This document shows positions 16,623-24,239 of a stretch of DNA of 32,000 nt, in pieces. The DNA lies in assembly GCA_049974095.1 (NCBI GenBank), contig JBMFJD010000002.1:1-32000 (forward strand). Direction: 5' to 3'. Source of the DNA: Nanopusillaceae archaeon (GTDB lineage: Archaea > Nanobdellota > Nanobdellia > Nanobdellales > Nanobdellaceae). A program made the translations under genes and the position numbers. Below the pieces are notes generated by a model, which saw nothing but the letters and a program-made list of their open reading frames with translations, searched no databases and was not told the origin of the DNA. Position 1 is the first letter of the stretch. Every line of letters starts with the position of its first letter.

Positions 16623-17314
16623 TGTTTTAATAATTTAATTATATTTTCTTCTAAGTTTCCATTTTCTCTTAGTTTTTCAACATTTCCTTCATAAATTATT
16701 TTTCCTCCTTTAATTAATATTGTTTTTTCTGCCAATTTATCTGCTAAACTTATAATATGTGTAGAAATCAATTTTGTAGATTTTATTTTCTTCAATAATT
16801 CAATTACTTTATACTGTGTTTCTATATCTAAATAATTTAATGGTTCATCCAATAATAAAATTTCTGGTTCAGGTAATAATATCATAGATAAAGAAAGTTT
16901 TTGTCTATTTCCTCTGGATAAATTCATTGCCCTATAATTTCTATATTTCTTTAAATCAAAAAATTCTAAATAAAAATCAATTTTATTATATAAATCTTTT
17001 ACATTTCTTAATAATCCAATATATTCTAAATTTTCTTCTACAGATAAATTAATAAATGGTATAGGATCTTCAGGTAAATATCCAATATATTTTTTTGCTT
17101 CTCTTGGATTTTCAAATAAATTTATTCCCTTTATATATACTTCTCCAGAATCTGGTTTTAATATTCCAGATAATATTCTTAATGTAGTTGTTTTTCCAGC
17201 ACCATTTGGTCCTATTAAAAATACACTTTTATTTTCTTCAATTTCAAATGAAATATTATAAAGAACTTTTATATTTCCAAAAGATTTTGAAATATTGTTT
17301 ACTTTAATTATCAT
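16619..17314 (-). CDS. ABC transporter ATP-binding protein (ABC-2/CcmA-like)
   Basis: Walker A GPNGAGKTTT, signature LSRGNRQKLSL, Walker B ILLLDEP. Confidence 0.9.
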   Translation of the reverse strand: MIIKVNNISKSFGNIKVLYNISFEIEENKSVFLIGPNGAGKTTTLRILSGILKPDSGEVYIKGINLFENPREAKKYIGYLPEDPIPFINLSVEENLEYIGLLRNVKDLYNKIDFYLEFFDLKKYRNYRAMNLSRGNRQKLSLSMILLPEPEILLLDEPLNYLDIETQYKVIELLKKIKSTKLISTHIISLADKLAEKTILIKGGKIIYEGNVEKLRENGNLEENIIKLLKQ

Positions 17315-17349
17315 AAAAAATATTTATTTCAAATAAAATAAATATATAT

Positions 17350-17432
17350 GCGGCGGTGCCCGAGAGGTCAAAGGGGGTCGGTTTAGGTCCGACTGGAGAG
17401 ATCCGTCAGGGGTTCGAATCCCCTCCGCCGCA
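17350..17432 (+). tRNA. tRNA-Leu (anticodon UAG), class II with a long variable arm; no encoded CCA
   Basis: Manual cloverleaf: acceptor GCGGCGG/CCGCCGC, anticodon stem GTCGG/CCGAC with loop TTTAGGT, variable arm TGGAGAGATCCGTCA, T arm AGGGG-TTCGAAT-CCCCT. Confidence 0.9.
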
Positions 17433-17567
17433 TAATTACTTATCAAAGGTAAAGATGATAAAATAATATTTATAAATTTTATTGAAAAAACTTATATAAT
17501 CAATTTATAAATATTTTAATAGAAAAATTTATATTTATCAAAGTAGAATTATTTAAGCCTTGAATAA

Positions 17568-17577
17568 TTTTTAAATA
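17568..17577 (+). promoter_or_regulatory. TATA box TTTTTAAATA about 26 nt upstream of the ATG at 17598
   Basis: Its position relative to the start codon, at the end of the longest intergenic spacer in the window (165 nt). Confidence 0.35.
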
Positions 17578-17597
17578 CAAATTTATTATAAAAGTAA

Positions 17598-19871
17598 ATG
17601 AATAGATATATTTATGCACTTTTATTCATTTTCCTTCCATTAAATTTTGTCTTTTCAACCAATAACTTATTTGGGTATCAGATAAAAACAATACCGAATA
17701 ATTTAATTAATACATTTCCATTAAATGGAGGTATTTCCTTAATACATTTTGGAATATTATATCAAAATTATTATTTTCCGATTCCATTAAATGGCAATAA
17801 TTATTTAAATATATATTTTAATTCTAGTAATCCTGTGCAAATTTATATTTTAAATCAATCAAATTATTACAATTTTGAAAATGGTTTAAATTATATTCCA
17901 TATTATGAAAATTATACAAATTTTCTAAATACAAGTATTTATATTCCTGAAGGTCGGTATTATTTAATTATTTTAAACACAAATTATAATAGTGTTTATT
18001 TTTATTTAATATATAATCTTGCAAGTAATTCTATTAATGAATTATATTATCCTATCGGAATTTCAGATTATGGAATATTTTATAACTATAATATAAATCA
18101 AATACAAGGATATAAATATGAAACAAACCTTGTTGTTGGTTCTATATATTTACAAGATTTTAATGTAACTGTAGAACCAATATGTTCTATAAATAGTTTT
18201 TATAATAATGCAGGTTCTATTCAATTAAATGCTGTATTAGAAGTTAATACAATAAATGGACTACAATATTATTGGTTACAAAATGTTTTATTAATAAATA
18301 ATACAGGTGGGTACTATTATATTGAAGATAATATATGGAATTGGACTTCTATCTATGCAAATATTAGCAATAATTCTATAATTGGATCTGGAGATGTATA
18401 TTTAGTTAATTTATTCTCTCAATACTATTATGCTGCAGTTTCAAATATCTATAATTTATCATATCCATTAAATATATATTTGATCATTAATGTATCTCAA
18501 AATAATAGTTATCCAGAAATTCAATTTGGATATTCATTTGATGGGGAAAATATAGTATGGTATGATAATGTTACACTACTTATCCAAAGTACAGATAATT
18601 ATATTATTGTAGAACCAAATATTACTCCATCTGGAACTCCTGAAGATTTAGAATTGGTAATTGGAGGACCTGGAGATGGAGATTGTATATATACAAATAA
18701 TATTAATGGATATTTGGGACTTTATTTCTTATATAATTATAATGGACAATATTATCTTTCTCCAATACTATATTCAGCAAATTTTGGTGAAAGTACTGCA
18801 GAAGCATCAGCAAATATTAATTCATATATTTACTCTCAAGGAATTGTGCAATTAAGTACTGGCATTGGATATCCAACAATATTTTTTAACAATTCAGAAA
18901 ACTATTTTAATTTAACAATCTATTATAATTTTAATAATACAAATATTACATATTCTTTATTTCCATTACAAACGATACAATTGAATTTTTCTAGAATAAT
19001 AAATTATAATAATCAAGAATATCTTCTAAATGGTATATATATAAATGGAGAATTTTATAATATAACAAATATTACATTAATTGCAAATCAAAACTATAAT
19101 ATTTATTTAGACTATGTTCCAATATATAATGTAACAATATTTTACTATGGATTAAATAAAGAAGAAAATTTATTAGAAGTAAGTGGTAATACTCTATATT
19201 TAAATTTATCAAATTATATATACATAAATGATTCTTTTAGATATTATTTGGAAAAAATTATAATAAATGGAATAGAATTTAATCAAAATAACATATATTT
19301 AAACATTACAAACAACTATTTCATATATTTATACTATATTCCTCAATATAAAATTGAAATAAATTTCCCATATAATTATTCAATTAATAATACCCAATAT
19401 GAAGAAAATAATTATTTTTGGATTAATAATAACTCTTATATAAATATAAATATCGATAATTATTATTATTTTAGCTCTTATAGATATTATTGTCCTAAAA
19501 ATAATATAATAATATTTGTTAATAGTTCTGAAAATATAGATCTTTTAAATTATTGTATAATACAATATCAGGTAAATATTTCTTCAGAATTTCCTATAAA
19601 TATATCTATAAATGGTGAAAAAATAAATAATATTAACAATTTTAATGAATATTTAAATAATAGTGATGAAATAGTAATTTATCCAGAAAAATTGACTAGA
19701 AATAATATATTATATAAAGAAATTTATTATTTTGATGGAGAAAATATTACAATAAGCTCTCCAGAAAATATTTATATTAAATTTAATAAGAAAATAGAAT
19801 ATAATTATCCTATTATTGGTGGAATAACATCAATTCCTATTGCTATAATATTAATATATATTTTATATTAG
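17598..19871 (+). CDS. Thermopsin-like (peptidase A5 family) surface glycoprotein with a signal peptide, three C-terminal repeat modules and a C-terminal TM anchor
   Basis: Signal peptide MNRYIYALLFIFLPLNFVFS. YPIGISDYGI, GSIQLNAVLEV...YYWLQNVLLINNTG and IEDNIWNWTS resemble the thermopsin domain as I recall it. I count 33 N-X-S/T sequons. The C-terminus IIGGITSIPIAIILIYILY is hydrophobic. Confidence 0.6.
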   Translation: MNRYIYALLFIFLPLNFVFSTNNLFGYQIKTIPNNLINTFPLNGGISLIHFGILYQNYYFPIPLNGNNYLNIYFNSSNPVQIYILNQSNYYNFENGLNYIPYYENYTNFLNTSIYIPEGRYYLIILNTNYNSVYFYLIYNLASNSINELYYPIGISDYGIFYNYNINQIQGYKYETNLVVGSIYLQDFNVTVEPICSINSFYNNAGSIQLNAVLEVNTINGLQYYWLQNVLLINNTGGYYYIEDNIWNWTSIYANISNNSIIGSGDVYLVNLFSQYYYAAVSNIYNLSYPLNIYLIINVSQNNSYPEIQFGYSFDGENIVWYDNVTLLIQSTDNYIIVEPNITPSGTPEDLELVIGGPGDGDCIYTNNINGYLGLYFLYNYNGQYYLSPILYSANFGESTAEASANINSYIYSQGIVQLSTGIGYPTIFFNNSENYFNLTIYYNFNNTNITYSLFPLQTIQLNFSRIINYNNQEYLLNGIYINGEFYNITNITLIANQNYNIYLDYVPIYNVTIFYYGLNKEENLLEVSGNTLYLNLSNYIYINDSFRYYLEKIIINGIEFNQNNIYLNITNNYFIYLYYIPQYKIEINFPYNYSINNTQYEENNYFWINNNSYININIDNYYYFSSYRYYCPKNNIIIFVNSSENIDLLNYCIIQYQVNISSEFPINISINGEKINNINNFNEYLNNSDEIVIYPEKLTRNNILYKEIYYFDGENITISSPENIYIKFNKKIEYNYPIIGGITSIPIAIILIYILY

Positions 19872-20551
19872 AATTCTATTTTTTCTATTTCTTTTGATGC
19901 CTCTTCTAAATCTTTTAATGTATCTATAGATCTCCAATATATATTATCAAATTTTTCTCCTTTTAATAATCCTTCTTTTGCTAATCTTGGAAATGTTTCT
20001 TTCTCAATATCTCCAATTTCTGGTAAATATTCAAATATTTTATTAGAAAATAAATATACTCCTGCATTTATCCAATATTCTTTTAATATTGGTTTTTCTA
20101 TAAATTCTTTAATTTTATTTCCTTCTAATAATACAACTCCATATGTAGATCTTAATGGAACTAATGAAATTACTCCGATAAAATTATCTAAAGATAACTT
20201 TGAAATATCCAAATTTGTTATTATATCACCATTTATCATTAGAAATTTTTCTTCATTTTTTAATATTTTTTCTGCTTTCTTTAATGCTCCTCCTGTTCCC
20301 AATGGTTTGCTTTCTATAGAAAAATAAAAATTAACATTTAATTTTTCTTCATTTTCTTTACACCATTCAATTAATTTTTCATATTTATATCCTGCTAGCA
20401 GAATTATATCATTAATATTATATTTCTTTAACCAATTTATTTGATATTCTAAAATAGTTTTTCCATTTATTTCAACTAAATTTTTTGGTTTATCTTCTGT
20501 AAAAGGTCTTAATCTTTTTCCATATCCTCCAGCTAATATAATAGCTTTCAT
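19868..20551 (-). CDS. NDP-sugar pyrophosphorylase (sugar-1-phosphate nucleotidyltransferase)
   Basis: MKAIILAGGYGKRLRPFTEDKPKNLVEI is the canonical GGxGxRL nucleotidyltransferase N-terminus. I set the start at 20551 because the 23-codon track extension is a translation of the tRNA-Arg gene. Confidence 0.85.
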   Translation of the reverse strand: MKAIILAGGYGKRLRPFTEDKPKNLVEINGKTILEYQINWLKKYNINDIILLAGYKYEKLIEWCKENEEKLNVNFYFSIESKPLGTGGALKKAEKILKNEEKFLMINGDIITNLDISKLSLDNFIGVISLVPLRSTYGVVLLEGNKIKEFIEKPILKEYWINAGVYLFSNKIFEYLPEIGDIEKETFPRLAKEGLLKGEKFDNIYWRSIDTLKDLEEASKEIEKIEF

Positions 20552-20578
20552 AATAAAAGAATATTTTTTATATTTAAA

Positions 20579-20653
20579 TGGACCCGCGGGGATTCGAACC
20601 CCGGACCTCCCGGACCGCAACCGGGAATTCTATCCAAGCTGAACTACGGGTCC
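20579..20653 (-). tRNA. tRNA-Arg (anticodon GCG); no encoded CCA
   Basis: Reverse complement GGACCCGTAGTTCAGCTTGGATAGAATTCCCGGTTGCGGTCCGGGAGGTCCGGGGTTCGAATCCCCGCGGGTCCA. Anticodon stem CCCGG/CCGGG, loop TTGCGGT. Confidence 0.9.
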
Positions 20654-20719
20654 ATCTTCAGTCTCTGTCTTTTGTCATATTTCAGTGGCACACAAGATCA
20701 TTATAAAAGTTATTATTTT

Positions 20720-21208
20720 TTATATTTTAAAATCTGGTAATATTAATTCTCCATATTTTTTATATTTTCCATTTAAATAAAATATTCCAGATAAAAAGGA
20801 TAAATATGCATCATATATATCTTTATATTTAAATATTTTTTTGAAATATTCATATTTTAAATTCAATATTTTTTCTACAGCTCTTGGAAATGTTTCAAAT
20901 AATTTAATATTTCCTATTTCTTCAATTTTATCTTTTATATAATTTGCCCTTTCATATAGCTCTTTCATTGATCTTAAAGATAAAGGTAAAGGTCTAAATC
21001 CCTCTTTATATAATAATTTTTCCTCAATTCTATATGGATATTCATAGCTTAATGGAGCATCAATGAATATATATTTAAAACTTTCTTTTTTAATTAATTC
21101 AATTATCTCTTCATTCTTATATAATATTCCAAATTTTGGTTCGTCTTTTAAATAAAAAAATCCTGTTCTTCTATTTTCTTTTGCAGCTAGATCCAATCCT
21201 AAAATCAT
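20720..21208 (-). CDS. Predicted RNase H-fold protein (DUF429/COG2410-like), tentative
   Basis: MILGLDLAAKENRRTGFFYL...IFIDAPLS resembles the N-terminal GxDxA ... DAPL pattern of that family. I assigned this from memory only. Confidence 0.4.
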   Translation of the reverse strand: MILGLDLAAKENRRTGFFYLKDEPKFGILYKNEEIIELIKKESFKYIFIDAPLSYEYPYRIEEKLLYKEGFRPLPLSLRSMKELYERANYIKDKIEEIGNIKLFETFPRAVEKILNLKYEYFKKIFKYKDIYDAYLSFLSGIFYLNGKYKKYGELILPDFKI

Positions 21209-21819
21209 TTATATATAAATCTTTCAGATGTATCCCAATGATCTTTATAATAGTTAATTTTATCCAAATAATAGTTTAATATTATTATTACTTGGGATGA
21301 AAAATAGTTTATATCTCCTAGAGATATTTTTGTTACATCATTCTCTATTTTCTTCTTTATATCCTTTGGAATTCCTAAAAAATCTCCAATAATAAATACA
21401 GGATTTTCTATTTTTATATTTTCAATATTTTCTCCATTTCTATCTAACAGATATATTTTTCTATTCTCTTTTTTATATTCATCAATTAAATCAAAAATAT
21501 CTTTTTTATCAACATAAATTCCTGGAAATGGATTTTTTATTCCTTTTCTATTAAATTTTTTTAATGATAAGGATAATAGTGTTTCAATATCTTTTTTTGA
21601 CCAAGGAGTTTCTATATTTGATTCTATTCTAATTAATCTTGGAGGAACAGGTTTTCCCATTAATAATAAATCAAATCTTACATCTTTTCTTAATCCGTTT
21701 GATATAAAAAATGAGTGGATAATTGAATTTACAACAATATCTAATCTACCAGAATAATATATATTTTTGAAATTTCCATCAGTTCTTACAGTATTTGAAT
21801 AAAATATAAATATCCTCAT
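21205..21819 (-). CDS. trmY: tRNA (pseudouridine54-N1)-methyltransferase TrmY (SPOUT, DUF358)
   Basis: SGRLDIVVNSIIHSFFISNGLRKDV, GKPVPPRLIRI and ENPVFIIGDFLG closely match my memory of Methanocaldococcus TrmY (GRLDLLCR..., ENPVFIIGDHIG). Confidence 0.75.
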   Translation of the reverse strand: MRIFIFYSNTVRTDGNFKNIYYSGRLDIVVNSIIHSFFISNGLRKDVRFDLLLMGKPVPPRLIRIESNIETPWSKKDIETLLSLSLKKFNRKGIKNPFPGIYVDKKDIFDLIDEYKKENRKIYLLDRNGENIENIKIENPVFIIGDFLGIPKDIKKKIENDVTKISLGDINYFSSQVIIILNYYLDKINYYKDHWDTSERFIYK

Positions 21820-21850
21820 ATTATTAAATTTTGAAGGATATCCTTAAGAT

Positions 21851-22453
21851 ATGATTATACTAGTTGTTGGAGTTCCTGGAGTTGGAAAAACATCTGTAAT
21901 AAATGAAAGTAAGAAATATTTGAAATATAATTTTAGAATAATATCTGTGGGAGATATTATTTTTGATTTAGCAAAGGAAAAATATGGGATAAATGATAGG
22001 GATGAAATAAGAAAGAAATTAAATGTAGATCAACAGGAAGAATTACAATTAGAAGCAATGAAGAAAATAAAAGAAATGGAAAAAGAAGAAGATTTAATAT
22101 TGGATACACATTTAGTTATAGAATCTTACTCTGGATATATACCTGGAATAATGAGAAAATTTGCAGAAATATTGAAACCTGATGGAATTGCAGTAATAGT
22201 TTCCGATCCAGATAAAATTTTTGTAAGAAGATTAAGAGATATACAAATAAGGGGAAGAGATATAGAGGAATTAAATAGAATTGAAATACAACAAAATCTT
22301 ACAATATATTTTACAACAATATTTATGTTTGAATATCATACAACTGTTCAAATAATAGAAAATGAAGAAGGATTATTAGAAGAAGCTGCAAAAAAATTTG
22401 CAGATTTTGTAAATAAATTAAAAGAAAGTAAAAGTGGGGCCGCCGGGACTTGA
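21851..22453 (+). CDS. adkA: Archaeal-type adenylate kinase
   Basis: VVGVPGVGKTSV, DRDEIRKK and DTH...SGYIPGI fit the AdkA family. The last roughly 6 codons are read from the antisense of tRNA-Pro. Confidence 0.85.
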   Translation: MIILVVGVPGVGKTSVINESKKYLKYNFRIISVGDIIFDLAKEKYGINDRDEIRKKLNVDQQEELQLEAMKKIKEMEKEEDLILDTHLVIESYSGYIPGIMRKFAEILKPDGIAVIVSDPDKIFVRRLRDIQIRGRDIEELNRIEIQQNLTIYFTTIFMFEYHTTVQIIENEEGLLEEAAKKFADFVNKLKESKSGAAGT

Positions 22454-22508
22454 ACCCGGGACCACCGGTACCCCAAACCGACATCCTACCAGGCTGGACT
22501 ACGGCCCC
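22435..22508 (-). tRNA. tRNA-Pro (anticodon GGG); no encoded CCA
   Basis: Reverse complement GGGGCCGTAGTCCAGCCTGGTAGGATGTCGGTTTGGGGTACCGGTGGTCCCGGGTTCAAGTCCCGGCGGCCCCA, with loop TTGGGGT. Confidence 0.9.
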
Positions 22509-22617
22509 CATAAAAAATTTTATTTATAATTATATATCCTTTACTGCTAATCCTGTAGCTTAGAAAATAAAGACATCTAATGTAGCCGGTACTGTCAGTG
22601 TTATATAAAAATTATGA

Positions 22618-23208
22618 TTAAAAAACGTATGGAATAAATATATATGTTTCTTTCATATATTGTTTATATTCCTCCCCAAATTTCTCTAACATATATTTCT
22701 CTTCAGGTATTACTTCTCCAATATATACAAATAGATCAACAACCAATGCAGATAATATTCCAATAATATTGTATGTTACAAAACCTAATCCTAGGAATAT
22801 TAGCATTTCTCCAAAATATCCTGGGTGTCTTATATATTTATAAATTCCTCTTTTAATTAATTTTTGTTCTTCAGCAATTCCAATATATGGTAAATAATAT
22901 TTTCCTAATGTAGCTTCAGCAATTCCTTGATATAGTATTCCAATAAGGAATAATAAGAATCCAATAGTATTTCCTATAAAATAATTAAATATTCCAAAAT
23001 TATAATATGTTGCAATAGAAGAGAATATAACAATCAATGTCATTCCAATTAATATATACAATATTGAAGCTACTAATGAATATAATTTATATTCTATTAT
23101 TTTTTCTTTTTCTTCCTTTAATACTATAAATGGTAATGCTATTCCTACAACTGTTTCTGATATAATAAAAAGATACAGATACTCCTCTAATGCAAAATTT
23201 ATTATCAT
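22618..23208 (-). CDS. Isoprenylcysteine carboxyl methyltransferase (ICMT)/phospholipid methyltransferase family membrane protein
   Basis: Multi-TM protein carrying the family motif LIKRGIYKYIRHPGYFGEMLIFLGLG. Confidence 0.75.
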   Translation of the reverse strand: MIINFALEEYLYLFIISETVVGIALPFIVLKEEKEKIIEYKLYSLVASILYILIGMTLIVIFSSIATYYNFGIFNYFIGNTIGFLLFLIGILYQGIAEATLGKYYLPYIGIAEEQKLIKRGIYKYIRHPGYFGEMLIFLGLGFVTYNIIGILSALVVDLFVYIGEVIPEEKYMLEKFGEEYKQYMKETYIFIPYVF

Positions 23209-23245
23209 AAAAATAAAATTAAATTTTTATAATATAAAATTTTAG

Positions 23246-23318
23246 TGCCACCGCCGGGACTTGAACCCGGGGCCTCTGCCTTACCAGGGCAGCGCTCTAC
23301 CAGCTGAGCTACGGTGGC
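23246..23318 (-). tRNA. tRNA-Thr (anticodon GGU); no encoded CCA
   Basis: Reverse complement GCCACCGTAGCTCAGCTGGTAGAGCGCTGCCCTGGTAAGGCAGAGGCCCCGGGTTCAAGTCCCGGCGGTGGCA, with loop CTGGTAA. Its 5' base overlaps the stop codon of the upstream CDS. Confidence 0.9.
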
Positions 23319-24238
23319 TATTTTCCTATTTTCTTTGATACTATATTTATATATTGTGGGCTAATTGTATATAAATACTCTTTCTCACCTTCTTCTCTTA
23401 AAACAATTCCTTCTTTATGCATTTTATTTAAATATTTTGATGCAGTATTTTTTGGAATATTTAATATTCTCGCAATTTCTCTTGCAGATAATTTATTTCC
23501 TATTAATAATTCTAAAATTTTTATTTGGGTTGGTGATAAATTAATATTTTTATTTTCTATTGTAATTTCTTCTACAGGTCCTTTTATTATATTCTCTATT
23601 GGATGATTCATATTTTCTAAAATATTATTTAATTCAATAAATATTGATCTAACATTATCTCCATTTTTTCTAATTATTTTTCTTAAATATTCGCTATCAA
23701 ATTTTATTTTTCCCTTCAATTTCTTATTTATTAATTGTATTATGCCATCTTCATCAGGAAATTTCATTTCTATTTTTTCATGTAATCTATTTAAAAAAGA
23801 AGGAGTAGCATTCATTATTTGTGGAGATGGTTGTATTAACATTATTGAATATGCAATTTTGTTATCATACAAATATTTTAATTTCTTTGAAACTTCTTCT
23901 GGAAAACTATAAAATTCATCTAGGATTAGTACAAGGGGTAATTTATTTCTAAATTTGAAAAATAGAAATTTAATATATAATCCTTCTTCAATTTTCTTAT
24001 CAATATTTTTATCATATTCTCCATTTATATATATTATATTATATTCATCAGATAATTCTTTTTTTATCTTAAATGCTAAAGAAGTTTTTCCAGATCCTAT
24101 TGGTCCATACAATAAAAATATTTCTCCATTTCTTATTGCATTTTTAACTTTTTTAATTATATCATCTACTCCAACTAATTCTTCGTTTGGTCTTATATCC
24201 AAAGGATTCCTTATAAAACCATATTTTTTCCACCACAT
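23318..24238 (-). CDS. AAA+/P-loop ATPase with a C-terminal winged-helix DNA-binding domain (archaeal ATPase or Orc1/Cdc6-like architecture)
   Basis: Walker A LLYGPIGSGKTS, Walker B LVLILDEF, and the C-terminal HTH LSAREIARILNIPKNTASKYLNKMHKEGIV. Confidence 0.65.
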   Translation of the reverse strand: MWWKKYGFIRNPLDIRPNEELVGVDDIIKKVKNAIRNGEIFLLYGPIGSGKTSLAFKIKKELSDEYNIIYINGEYDKNIDKKIEEGLYIKFLFFKFRNKLPLVLILDEFYSFPEEVSKKLKYLYDNKIAYSIMLIQPSPQIMNATPSFLNRLHEKIEMKFPDEDGIIQLINKKLKGKIKFDSEYLRKIIRKNGDNVRSIFIELNNILENMNHPIENIIKGPVEEITIENKNINLSPTQIKILELLIGNKLSAREIARILNIPKNTASKYLNKMHKEGIVLREEGEKEYLYTISPQYINIVSKKIGK

Positions 24239-24239
24239 A

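Noticed and set aside
17433-17597. Hairpin TTATCA-N10-TGATAA right after tRNA-Leu, and the duplicated palindrome ATTTATAAAT (17468-17477 and 17503-17512)
   Set aside because: They are short and made entirely of A/T-rich words that are expected by chance in this composition. They are plausibly just termination or TATA-like sequence, and nothing supports an RNA gene.
20552-20620. N-terminal extension of the nucleotidyltransferase ORF (MRSGRSGVRIPAGPFKYKKYSFI...)
   Set aside because: These codons are simply a translation of the tRNA-Arg gene on the same strand (GC-rich, Arg/Gly/Pro-rich). The conserved MKAIILAGG start is at 20551.
20654-20705. Possible C/D box sRNA upstream of tRNA-Arg
   Set aside because: Two CTGA motifs are present, but the putative C and C' boxes (ATGATCT, ATGACAA) lack the terminal GA needed for a k-turn, and the guide lengths (9-11 nt) are short. 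I kept it only as a low-interest finding about unusual spacer composition.
22323-22511. 62-aa ORF (MGAVVQPGRMSVWGTGGPGFKSRRPH...)
   Set aside because: It is a translation of tRNA-Pro plus the antisense of the adkA 3' end, so it is not a gene.
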